A DNA stretch of 63,326 nt, counting the filler, from Octopus bimaculoides (Eukaryota), in NCBI RefSeq assembly GCF_001194135.2. It is 7 parts of 6 records of this genome, joined end to end, with 100 filler letters (N's around TTAATTAATTAA, not from the genome) between each part and the next. Parts side by side here need not be neighbours in the genome. Positions count along the whole stretch, not along the records: positions 1 to 14,023 come from NC_068996.1; 6 more parts are not named here. One strand, written 5' to 3'. Shown here piece by piece: positions 1 through 11,823 of this stretch (position 1 is its first letter; the number at the start of each line of letters is the position of its first letter). The notes below the pieces were generated by a model. That model searched no databases, had not been told where the DNA came from, and was given only the letters and a program-made list of their open reading frames with translations. Both the position numbers and the translations under genes were made by a program.

Positions 1-103
1 CTCTTCCACAGAAAGGAACACAGAAAGAAAAATGGAGAGAAACAAAGAGAGAAAAAATGTGTGTAGTGGTCAGCGATCTATCATATACATATATATATAT
101 ATA

Positions 104-425
104 TTGATAGAAAAGACAACAAAAGAAAGAAAGAGACCTCTATATTATGTAAATAGAGGAATTCATCTGTAAAAATAAGTGACAATTATTCGGTAGCCAT
201 GTTAAAACTACGAGTTTCGGATACCGGGGCGGAAACCCACACCATCATATCTTCAGTTATCTGGCCAATGAAAATTGCTTTGAAAAAGACCGTTAAGCAA
301 AGGGAAATTACTGTGTAGTTGACCATTATTAAGACAAAAGATCTAGACACAGCTAAGTAAGTGGAGGGAGTAAAGGTAAGGGAGTAAAAATGTCCATAAT
401 ATTCGCGTAAGTGCACCAGACCATA
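104..425 (-). mobile_element. Dispersed repeat carrying a degenerate type I hammerhead; likely non-autonomous Penelope-like (PLE) terminus
   Basis: Aligns by eye along its whole length to 62870-63192 in the same orientation. The minus strand reads gccagataa-CTGAAGA...GAAA-ctcgtagt-t-ttaacatggc at 196-265. Both copies abut a (TA)n tract. Confidence 0.7.
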
Positions 426-942
426 CATACATATGCGAGACCACACACCCACGTACATGCGCCTATATGTATATACTCATCCACCTTCGCTTGAAAAAAT
501 AGGCTTGTAGGCTTGGCTGGGTGGAAGTGCTTGTCCCCCACCCTCGTAAACATAAGGACACAGGAAATGTGTCAAGGCCGACAGGAAGCGGTCCAGCTTC
601 CTAGGGCTAAATAGCAGTAGTATGATTCCCTTATTGAGACTGTCACTTTAAGTTGACAGTAAAACAAAAACTACATCATCTACGAAAACAACCTTCTCTA
701 AATGCATTAAAAACCACTATAATCTATTCAGAACACTATTTCAGAAACACACACATGCTCACCCACACATTCGCCAATATATATAAATATATATATATAC
801 CCGCATACATGCTCACACACACACACGTGCAACACGCTCGCACCCATACACATGCGCGCAAAAAAAAGTTTATACACACGTCAATATACGCACATACCCA
901 AGAAAAAAACAGGGTTAAAGGCAAAATACAGAAAAAAGTGTT

Positions 943-980
<38 letters not shown>
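943..980. repeat. (AGT)n microsatellite
   Basis: Direct reading; source of the poly-S and poly-V ORFs. Confidence 0.95.
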
Positions 981-1028
981 CACCTTTTTTTCCGAACAAA
1001 AATAAGGATTTTACGGTACATTAGGCAT

Positions 1029-1310
1029 CCGTAATGCATGTCGTTTCAAAGGTATTTATATACAATTTCATTAAAAGATATTTCTTTTCCTCAAAGTTAT
1101 GGGCGAAAATCTCGGTCCTTGTGAATTTTGCAAAGTCCTCTCCTCACCCCTCGGAAAATATTTTACCCACAAATTTCTTTATAACCGTAATGTACGCCGT
1201 TTGAAAAGTATTTATATAAAATTTCATATAAAAAACAACCCCCGTTTTCCCAAAACGTTTTCCCAAAATTCGGATCTTGTAAATTTTCCGAAGTCCTCTC
1301 ACCACCCGTT
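1029..1310. repeat. Two diverged tandem copies of a ~156-bp unit
   Basis: ccgtaatg...gtatttatata.aatttcat...aaattt...aagtcctctc.cacc recurs starting at 1029 and 1185. Confidence 0.75.
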
Positions 1311-2190
1311 GCTTTCCGCGCATTTTTGTTTTCATATTCGTTTCCTACACATTTTTTTACACCCGTTGCCCTATTTTCTTTTTATTTCGTTTCCGGGTAA
1401 TATTGTAAACATTAACTTTCTGTTTTGATTACTGATAGAAAAAATAATGTAATCTGTGTGGTAAGTAGCTTGCCTATTTCGGTGCATGCGTCATTGGTTA
1501 CTTCCAGAGAGAGAGAAGGGGGGGACGTGAGCTTCTGGCTCCGTGAATTGAAAGAAAAAAAGAACAAAAAGGAAGTCGTCAAGGTAGGTCGTTTTTGTTC
1601 TTCGAGCTGGGTGGGAATTNNNNNNNNNNNNNNNNNNNNNNNNNNNNNNNNNNNNNNNNNNNNNNNNNNNNNNNNNNNNNNNNNNNNNNNNNNNNNNNNN
1701 NNNNNNNNNNNNNNNNNNNNNNNNNNNNNNNNNNNNNNNNNNNNNNNNNNNNNNNNNNNNNNNNNNNNNNNNNNNNNNNNNNNNNNNNNNNNNNNNNNNN
1801 NNNNNNNNNNNNNNNNNNNNNNNNNNNNNNNNNNNNNNNNNNNNNNNNNNNNNNNNNNNNNNNNNNNNNNTTTTAGCCAAATAACCTGTACATTCTGGTG
1901 GACGTATTTTGCCAGAAAAAAGTTGTAGTACCCTGTGGAGTTTACCCTGTGGAGATTACCTAACTGGAGTACAAACGAAAAGAACCCTGACTATTGGATT
2001 TACCTGGCTGGAGTATTATACAGAGCCAAGGATTCACTGTCTGCTCTATTTGTGTGCTTATTTTTTTTTTTTTTTCCTTTCTATTTTTTCTTTCTTTCTA
2101 AATTTCGGTTCCTTCTTTTTCTCATCATTTTAATTCCATTTTTTTCTTCTCTTATTTTGTTTTATTTCTATTTTTATTCGGTTTTAATTT

Positions 2191-3387
2191 TTGGTGGACT
2201 ACCTTTGTGAACTTTTTTTTAACTGTTTTTTTTTGGGGGGGGACATGGCAGAGAAGGAACTTAAAAAGAAGAACCCTGTCTTGGAGTGGGAAATTAGCCC
2301 ACTCAAGCAGTGGTTAAAAGATATGAAGGATAGGATGGTGGTGGTTAGAAGTTACTCTAAAGTTCTAACCACCAGTCTACTTACTCTAAAAGTTCTAATC
2401 ACCGTCTTCCTACAACTAACTATAGAGAAAGAACTGAAAGAGTATTTGTCCTCTGTAAAATACATGTCCTGCGGTGCCAAATATGCAACGGTGTTGTTGC
2501 TGTTTGACACCTCGGAGAAGGCTTGTAATTTTGCGAGCCAGCCCTTAAAGGGCAATGAAATTCTTATTAATTTCCTCCCGCAATACGACGGGAGGAAATT
2601 AATAAGAGCCTAAGGCGAGTTGTATTGAAGATACCATCCGACGCGACCTGTGGGATAGCTGGCCCAGGCTGGCTCTTAAATGTAAGGGTATTGCCGGTGA
2701 TCGACTTGAGGGACGTCCTCCAAGTGTCACTCCTGCCTGGAGCCAGGCCACATTAAAAAGAACTGCCCCTAGGACCATGGTAAGGTTCTGGAACAGTTAC
2801 TGGAAACCACCTCCCCTATTTGGTCAAAGGGAGAGGAGGATTAAAAGGATTATGAAGGAAGAAAGCGTGCAACAGTGGTTGCCTGCCGAAGGACTCTAAG
2901 GCTTAGGGAGGTGGGGGAGAGATTCCGGACAAAGCGGAAGAGCTCTACTCACCCGAAGTCAGGAAGAAAAGGAAAAAAAGAAAGAAGAACAGGTCATTGC
3001 AGACGGACGATGATATGCCGTCTGCGTGTCCCGAAGGTCCGTCGGTGAGAGTCGTGCCACCGACGGAGGAAGAGCCTTCGTCGGTGGGAATTGTGCCACC
3101 GACGGTGGAAGAAACGACCCTCCACCCTTAAAGACGAAGAAGTAGAGGAACACAACGAGACAGTAGATATGGCCTGCACATGGGACCCCGAATGGCCTCC
3201 GCAGATAGCTGTGGAGATCATAGGGATGTCCGTGTTGGAAAGGCTGAAGGTACTTAAAGAGGAATTTCGCATATGGCCGGGTGGCCCTAACATGACATAT
3301 GCCTCGTACTTGAATGGGGCATGGGAAATGGCTTGGTGCTGGATCATGGGTGACATTGAAGACAATGATGGATATATTGATGAGTAA
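2191..3387 (+). pseudogene. Disrupted gag-like ORF1 of an L1/Tx1-type retroelement with a CCHC zinc knuckle
   Basis: ORF 2191-2613 is followed, across frameshifts, by EGRPP(K)-CHSCLEPGHIKKNC (CX2CX4HX4C, 2725-2766), a Pro/Glu repeat (VVPPTEEE/IVPPTVEE) and an acidic C-terminal ORF at 3091-3387. It has multiple stops and frameshifts. Confidence 0.7.
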
Positions 3388-3756
3388 GAGGTGAAAAAGC
3401 CTCGTTAGTATTAAATAGTAATCGGTTTTGAAACCTCGTCCTATTTGATTTAAATGCATTATTTATTTGTAGTGGCTTAAAACCTCATTTGTGAATGTTT
3501 TTTGCCTTTAAAAATACATGTTAAGTAAGAGGTTTTAGTAACTCCTTTTTGTAAAAGGTTTGAAACCTCATATTCATTTTTTGAAAGGAAAATATGTTTT
3601 CGAGAAAAATCTAATCGGCGGGAGTTAGGTTTTGTCTCTCATCTATTCAAATTATCATTTCCTTTTCGTTCATTAATGTGTTTGTCAAGCCCGCAGCTAC
3701 TCTGTATACTGCCTTTATGGCAAATAAAATGAAATAAAGTAGCTTACTTACCAACT

Positions 3757-5378
3757 ACATGGCTCCGATAGCCAGGATAGACTATGAAAAAGCTTTTGAC
3801 AGCCTAATACAAGAAATGACTGGAAATGTATAAAATAGCACCTACTCTGCGAAACGTTTGGTCTGTAATTATGAGATCATGGAGAACCACACTGACTTTG
3901 AACAGTGGCAATGAATCTCTAAATGCTGGAGATGTAAGAATTTCATGTGGCATTTTCCAGGGTGACTCTCTATTATCACTGCTGTTTTGTGTAGCCTTAA
4001 TACCTCTCTCGAAATTGTTTGAGAAAAAGGGTTGATAAAAATATAAACCATCTCATTTACATGGATGATTTAAATCTCTTTGCAAAAAATGACCAACAAC
4101 TCAAGGGCTTACTAGCGATTGATAAACAATTCAGTGATGACATCAAGATGCAATTTTGTCTCGATAAATGTGCAAAAGCTACCTTTATCAAAGGAAAAAT
4201 GACAGAAACATCAAGCGTTAACCTTGACCAGCAGAATGCCATAAAGGATTTAGAACCAGCGGAGAGCTATGAATAACTAGGGGTATTTGAAGGGGACAGA
4301 ATCAAACATTCAGTGATGAGGGGCAGGATCTGAATAGAATGTTATCGCAAGGTAAGGGCAATACTCAAGACAGAGCTGAATGCAAGAAACAGGATCGAAG
4401 CGATCAATACTTTAGCCATACTAGTCGTGACTTACAGTTTCAATATCATTAACTGGTCAATTACTGAAATATGTAATCTTGACATAAAAATATGAAAATT
4501 GTTGACAATGCATAGAATGCACCACACTAAGTCAGACTTTACCTGCCAAGAAAAGAGTGTGGCTGTGGACTTTTACAACTGGAATTAACAATGAAGATTG
4601 CCACAATAGGCCTAAACACCTACCTGAAAAACTCTGAGGACTGGATGTTAAAACTTATCTATCTCAAAACATGAAAACAAGAAAGCATCATACTAAGTAA
4701 CAAAACAGGCAAACGAATATATAAGTGAATTCCAAATACAACAAATCCCAGAATTAGACGTACTGGAACAATCACAGAAAAATCAAAGCGTATGAAAACC
4801 CGTACTAAAACTGCTGCCTTAGATATTCTTACTGTTAAATGGCAAGAAAAACCTCCCAATGGCTAATACTCAAAGAGAGATAATAATGCCGATCTTGACA
4901 AAGCCTTTACCCATCAATGGTTAGTGTCTACTGATTTATAATCAGAAGCAGAAGGATTTATCATAGCAGCCCAAGATCAATGCCTACCTACAAGGAACTA
5001 CCAGGTCAACATATTAAAGAACGGCAGGTGCCAAACATCTCGTGTATATCAACAAAAAAAATGAAACAACTGATCATGTTGTCTCCCTGTGCAGTTTTCT
5101 TGCGCCTACAGAGTATCTCAACGGGCATGACAGAGCTGCACAATATATTCACTGGGCAATTTGCAAAAGCCTGGACTTGCCCCATAATAAAAACTAGTGG
5201 GAACACAAACGACCTCCACTGCTTGAAAATGATCACATCTCACTCCTCTAGAACTTCACCATTCAAACTGACAGAAAGATAGATGCGAATAGGCCAGACA
5301 TTATATAGAAAGATTTCAGACAAAAATCATGCCTCCTCATTGATATGACTGTCCCAATCGATAGAAACGTATCTGTCC
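3757..5378 (+). mobile_element. R4/Dong-type RLE non-LTR retrotransposon fragment A (RT to endonuclease), decayed
   Basis: Motifs IDYEKAFD, GIFQGDSLLSLLFC, YMDDL, IIAAQDQCLPTRNY, RHDRAAQYIHW and TDRKIDANRPDI...IDMTVP (RT, then PD-(D/E)xK endonuclease). Frameshifted. Confidence 0.9.
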
Positions 5379-5495
5379 CCCAACAGGATGAAAAGCAAAG
5401 TCGACCTCGGCGAATTGAACTCAGACGTAGCGACGGGCGAAATACCGCTATGCAGTTTGCCAGGCGTGCTAAAGATTCTGCCAGCTGCCACCTTG
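5379..5495 (-). mobile_element. tRNA-derived SINE family B, partial
   Basis: The reverse strand reads ggtggcagctggcagaatc...gagttcaattcgccgaggtcgactttgc, matching the other family B copies. Confidence 0.8.
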
Positions 5496-5496
5496 T

Positions 5497-5606
5497 AGAA
5501 GAAGAAGAAGAAGAAGAAGAAGAAGAAGAAGAAGAAGAAGAAGAAGAAGAAGAAGAAGAAGAAGAAGAAGAAGAAGAAGAAGAAGAAGAAGAAGAAGAAG
5601 AAGAAG
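5497..5606. repeat. (GAA)n microsatellite
   Basis: Direct reading; source of the poly-E, poly-F and poly-S ORFs. Confidence 0.95.
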
Positions 5607-5649
5607 GGCCTAAGTATGTCCTTGATTCCCCACACTTAAATCCTAGAAA

Positions 5650-6075
5650 CACTAGCGATGAACAAGGTAGCACCAATAATCTTTAAATATATAAAATATC
5701 CCATGAATAAATGGCAGACAGTGCTGCAGCTCCAAACAAAAGAGGGACTCTTAAAAACCAAAGCCATCCCTATTAGAAGAGGAATATTCTGGGAAGACAC
5801 GCTCACTCCACTCCTTTTCTGCTTGGTACTGGCACCTTTTCCTGACATGCTAAACAGGACTGGATTGGGATACAGCTGTCACGGCAAAACAATTAAACAT
5901 GTCCATGTATATGGATGATCTAAAATTGTAGGTCCCAAATGATAAACAGCTGGAAACATTATTACAGACAGTAAACGGCTTTACCAAAGAAATAAACATA
6001 AAATGTGCCAAAGCAGACTTGAAAAGAGGAAAATTAGTGTTAAGAGTAACAACATTACACTAGATAAAACAAATG
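5650..6075 (+). mobile_element. R4/Dong-type RT fragment D
   Basis: IRRGIFWEDTLTPLLFCLVLAP, then YMDDLKL and KCAK-like motifs across frameshifts. Confidence 0.8.
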
Positions 6076-6302
6076 ATGATCGCATATAGGTATTTATATA
6101 TGTATATGTATATATATATCTCGTCGAAATGCCGGTGTTAAAACGTGGGCAGCTGATGAAGTAGAATGTTCTCTATGTGGCTCGTGTGTTCTCGTCTACG
6201 TTTGTTTGCAATGTCCTGTACCCAGATATGCACCTATACATACAGGTGGATGTCGGTATGCACATACCTGTACGTATATATGCATATACTCATTTACTAT
6301 TT

Positions 6303-6355
<53 letters not shown>

Positions 6356-6972
6356 GCGTGTGTGTGTGTGTGTATGCGTGCGTGCGTGTGTGTGTGTGTG
6401 TGTGTGTATGTGTGTGTATATATATATATTGTAATCTTCCAATACTGAAACACGTGTAATCCCTAAAGTATGAGATAATTAATGAAGCATAGTATGTACC
6501 CTGCTGGTATAAAGGTTATGTCTTTTAAGTATTATTTCGTGGTATGCAAATGGATACCATGAGTTTACTTTCAGATATACTCATTCAGTTATTATTTCTT
6601 TTTTTTTGTGTATTATCTGAAATAGAATACCCGTATATCTATTAATCCCCAAAACTGAATTATATATATATATACATACATACACCCAACGTATTAAACA
6701 AATATATACCCCACTCCCACGGAAAAATAGGGGTGGATATTAGTTTCTTGTTTGTTTCTTTGTCTCGTTTGACTACATTTATTTGTTTAAATTATAGAAG
6801 CGGTGCTCCATCAAATTGTCTATGCTAACAGACAAGATCCGGAGCCTAGTACTAACACCAAAGTGTTAATGGAAATTAGCCAAAACTCATGTCAGAGCAT
6901 AGGAAATATTACCAATGACAAATAGTAAAAACTGAAAATAATAATATCAGTGATGATAATGATAATAATAAT

Positions 6973-9900
6973 GAAAGGAAGCAGTTGGAATCCCGCAATG
7001 TCCTGATCGATGATACATCTAGTGATGGTGTCACAATAAAAAACTCTTAACTGCGCAACCTCATAATAGCTACCTCATATGAGTGACAATGAAAAACCAA
7101 ATTGTTGTGAATAACAGTGGTAATGAAACTGAAGCCCTTGATGGTGATAGTGTTGCACAAGTCAGGCTCACCCTGTCGTTATCCAGCAAGGGACCACCAC
7201 ACACGGCGCAGATGGAACAAACAAGTCAATGCTATGGTCCTTGAGTGCTACTACATGAGCAACACCGCAGACGGAAATGGTGCTCATATTAGGGGAAACC
7301 GAGAACGTATGTATAATCAATGGAGAGAAAGAGGATCGTTTCAACTCACGGAACAGAGATTATGTGATCAAACTAGAGCACTAAGAGAAAATCGTTGGTT
7401 CACAGAAGTAGAGCTTCAAGCTATCAAAGACGGGTATTGGAAAATAGCAGGAGAGGAAATGATGAAAATGCAGTTCCTACTGATAAAAGTAATCTCATAG
7501 CAGAATAAAAAGGTAAGATCTCTAATAAACCACAGGCTAGTAACAGTGATAGCTTTCTCCATGAGAGACCTACAGATGGTCAGGAAGAAGATAATAAAAC
7601 TAATGGTGACATGACAGATGGGCAAAAGGCAATCTACGACAGAATAAAGAAAGGTTACAGGAGAACGATAGCGATATTTTTTGCAACCTCAAAAAGATTG
7701 ATCAGTGGAAATTGAACCAAGAAACGAAAAATGTCAATGAAATTCTGAAATACATCAGAACAAAAAGCTTCAATGAAACAAATAATTTGATCAAAGCAGA
7801 AAGTATTGTTGTAGCAGAAAACGTGGGTGTTGATGTAAAAAAAATGAAATATAATGGGGGTGACAAAAGAAAAGATCTATGGTGGGAAAGAAGAATACAT
7901 CGGGGTGGGTGTTAGATATATTCTCGAAAGACATTTCTTTGGTAGACCGAAAAGAAAAGGGGGAGCTTAAAAGCGAACAAAAATAAAGGGCACTGAACAG
8001 GAAGTATGATATTGTAAGAATGGGCCTGAATGTGGTAATGGAGGAACTGAAATAGCGCCTCGTTGCAAAAGAAGCAAAGATGGTAAGATACGACCAAATA
8101 ATGAAGGGATACTAGCAGAATAGGTTATTCAGAGTAGATCAGAAGAGATTGCATAAAGAAATAAATGGAGAGTGTACTTGATGAAAAGTTGATACCAGAT
8201 AACATTGAAAGTCAAATGTTTTGGAGTGACACTGGAGCAAATACAAGGAGCACAAGAAGGATGCTGAATGGTTGCAAGAACTGAAACAAACACTAGTCTG
8301 TCCAAAACAGGCAGAGAATAGTCATTTAAGTTAGGTAAGTGAAAGAAATCAGCAAAAAATGGGCAACTGGAAGGCCCCGGGACCAAATGGAGTTCAAGGC
8401 CACTGGATCAAAAGATATAGGGAATGTCATGCACGAATAGCTGCACAACTCAACACCTTGTTAAATGCCAAGTAACACCAGAGTTGCTGACAATGTGTAG
8501 GACAGTGCTGTGCTTGAAAAACATCGAAAAGGGCAATATGGTAGACAATTATAGGCCGATATCCTGCTTGCCACTTATGAGGAAATTATTGACTAGAATA
8601 CTCGCAGAGTCAATGTACGGACTTCTGCAAAAAATGGAGTCCTGCCACATGAGCAGAGGGGGTGCAAGCGTAAGTGCAGAGGTACCCAGGATTAAATCCT
8701 GATAGACAAAACTGTACTTAGAGACTGCAAAAGGCGGAAAACTAACTTAGCCATGTCATGGATCGATTATCGTAAGGCGTACGATATGATCCTACATTCT
8801 TGGATTATGAAATATAAGAACCTATCTGGTATTGCATCGAACGTTGAGCGATTCTTGGAAAAAGTATGTCGAAGTGGAGGACGGAACTGACACCATATGG
8901 AAGAAGTTTAAGAACAATAGAAATCAGGAGAGGCATCATCTAATGGGACTGCCTGACACGCTGATATTTGTCCTGTGTATGATACCATTAACACTGATTC
9001 TGAGGAAAGCAACAGCTGGGTATGTATTCAAGAGCCGCCAATAAAATGATACTCACTTGTTATTCATGGGTGACCTCAAACGTTTTGGTAAAGATGAATC
9101 GGAAGTCAGTTCCCTCGTTGATACGATGTATACTTTCAGTGCTGATATCAGAATGGAGTTCGGAATGAAGTGTGGTGTGTTAGTCTTGAAGAGAGGCAAA
9201 ATTAAATGTATGGAAGAACTAGCGATACCATCGGAAGAGGTTATGAAGCAAATAGAAGAGACATGCTATAAGTACTTGGGGATATTGGAAATAGATAAAT
9301 GGATGAAGAAAGAAATGACAGAAACATTTAGTGTGAAGTACCTGCGCAGACTGAGACTGATGCTTAATTCGAAATTAAACGGACGAAATAAGACTGAACC
9401 TATCAACACCTGGGTGGTTTCACTCGTTAGATATGGAGCAGGGGTAATAGAAAGACAAGGAAGTTGCTGACTAGATATGAGATACTCCACCCAAAAAGTG
9501 ACACAGGCAGACGGGATGTACCAAGAAAGAGAGGGGGAGGAGGACTGATTGGATGCGAACACAGCATTAGAGCAGAAAAAAACAACATAGCATGCTAAGA
9601 ATGAATGAAACTGAAAATAGGTGGATAAAGAAAACAATGCAGGGACAATTTCGTAGGGGTGTTGAAGATAAGACAGAGAAAATAGATAGCTATGGATGAC
9701 TAAAAGTGATTTAAAACCGGAAACGGATCTGTGTGGCCCAATAGCAGGCATTACAAAACAATTACATCAAATACAGAACAGACGACACAGCAGAAATTGA
9801 AAAGTGCAGAATTTGTGGACAAAATGGTGAAATCGTATGGCATATTACCAGTCAATGTACGCCACTAGCCCAGAAAGAATAAAAGAGATGTCATGACAAC

Positions 9901-10448
9901 ATAGCAAGGATTGTCCGTTGGACACTTTGCAGCAAGTATGTACTTGATAGAGCAAAAATGTGGTACATAAACTCGAAGGTATCATCGAAAATGATAATGC
10001 AAAGATCCTATGGGATTTTATGATTCAGGGTGACCATGAGGTAGAGAATAGGAAACCGGACATAGTGTTATTTGAGAAAGAAAACAAACGGTGCTGGATC
10101 ATAGACATAGCATGCCCAGCTGTCAACAAGGTATGCGATAAAGAAGAAAGAAAAGTCGATATATATAACAGGTTAGCTTGGGAGGTTAAAGAGTTGTATT
10201 TGCTGAAAAAGATAGCAGTAGTACCAATAATTGACAGAGCCCTGGGAACAGTGAGTAAAAGTCTTGAGAAGTACATGGAAAAAGTACGGGCTGCAATAAG
10301 GGTGGAGCATTTGCAGAAAACAGCACTGCTTGGAACCGCGACAAAACTCCGGATGGTGCTCGAAAAATAAGGGGTGTCACCTTAAGTTCACTGGTAGTGA
10401 ATAGCTGACACCGTAGTACATCCCCAGCGTTAGAAGCTGTGCAAAGAC
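6973..10448 (+). mobile_element. Near full-length, decayed R4/Dong-type LINE copy B (~3.5 kb)
   Basis: N-terminal RRWNKQVN...TEQRLCDQ motif; RT motifs [19 protein letters not shown] and LFMGDLK; CCHC finger CRICGQNGEIVWHITSQC (9805-9858); RLE motif KILWDF...KPDIV...IIDIACP...K; C-terminal LQKTALLGTA. A short 3' UTR is followed by a (GAA/CAA)n tract. Confidence 0.92.
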
Positions 10449-10496
10449 AAGAAGAAGAAGAAGAAGAAGAAGAAGAAGAAGAAGAAGAAGAAGAAG

Positions 10497-10537
<41 letters not shown>

Positions 10538-10580
10538 GAAGAAGAACAAGAAGAACAAGAACAAGAACAANNNNNNNNNN

Positions 10581-10617
<37 letters not shown>

Positions 10618-10745
10618 GAAGAACAAGAAGAAGAAGAACAAGAACAAGAAGAACAAGAACAAGAAGAACAAGAAGAAGAAGAACAAGAAGAAGAACAAGA
10701 AGAACAAGAACAAGAAGAACAAGAAGAAGGAGGAGGAGGAGGAGG
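10449..10745. repeat. Compound (GAA)n/(CAA)n/(GAG)n triplet repeat
   Basis: Direct reading; lies at the 3' end of LINE copy B. Confidence 0.95.
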
Positions 10746-11403
10746 AGCACCAGCCTTGACAACGGCTGGACGTGTTCCTCGCTGCTCTGACCATTCAGTA
10801 GCTGAAAGCCATAGAAACACTAATATGACCCAGCTGGACAACGGCGAACAAAAAACAGAATAACTCTCAAAGACTGGAATATCTACAATATCCTGTGAGT
10901 ATTTAAAATTCCCTTCAAAATAAGTTAAGAAATTTACAAATTTACATATCTACAGTTTTCAAACACACAAACTTTGATATTCACAACTGTTGTGAATACT
11001 CATCCTTTCGTCTCTCCTTGAGTATCCGAAAAAGTAAACATCCATTTTTTTTTATTCTAAAAACATTAGTTTTCTCTGTTTGGATATACAAAAGAACATC
11101 TCTAGAAAAGTCAACTTTAATTTCTAAAATTAATTTCTACAATATTACCTTTATTTTCTCCCTGACTAGCTGAAATATGCAATAACAGAAATGCAGGTGG
11201 AATAATAATAATAGATTCTCTCTGGTCGAACACAACTTCTCTATTCACAAATAATACAGAACAGAGAAAGTCGGCCCTTCTTTAATTTTTCTTAAGGTCA
11301 AGGTCACTGTTGCTGTTGCTCGCTGCTAATAGTAGTAGACATTTGAACTCTTTTTGACCGATCCCATCCCATCCCACTCCAAAAAAAGGATACATGAGCC
11401 GCA

Positions 11404-11690
11404 CTTACTACTACTACTGCTGCTGCTGCTACCCTGCTGCTGTTGCTACCACTGCTGCTGCTGCTACCACTGCTGCTGCCGTCACTACTACTGATATTAC
11501 TACCACTGCCGCTGTTGCTGTTACTACTGCTACTACTACAGCTGCTGCTGCTGCTGCTACTGCTACCATTGCTACTACAGCTGCTGCTACTGATACTGCT
11601 GATGTTACTGTTGCCACTACTACTACTATTATCACTGCCACTGCTGCTGCTACTACAACTACTGGTGGTGGTGCTGCTGCTGCTAATGAT
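11404..11690. repeat. Degenerate (CTA/CTG)n triplet repeat
   Basis: Direct reading; explains the Ala/Thr and poly-Leu ORFs. Confidence 0.9.
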
Positions 11691-11823
11691 GATAAACGCG
11701 GCCTCTGTATGAAGATTAGTGGTTAAAAAAACAAAAAGATAAAATAAATTTTTAAAATTTAAAAAAAAATTAATTTAATTACAATTTAAGTTTACTTAAA
11801 AAAAAAGAAAATTTCTATACCAA

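Noticed and set aside
6981-7055. Long-range stem (gcagttgga/tcttaactgc) at the 5' end of LINE copy B, as a possible HDV-like ribozyme
   Set aside because: The nested double-pseudoknot elements (P1.1, P3, catalytic C in J4/2) could not be fitted by eye.
10186-11726. Long homopolymeric ORFs (poly-E/Q/N/K, poly-L, Ala/Thr-rich)
   Set aside because: They are translations of triplet microsatellites open in several frames and on both strands.
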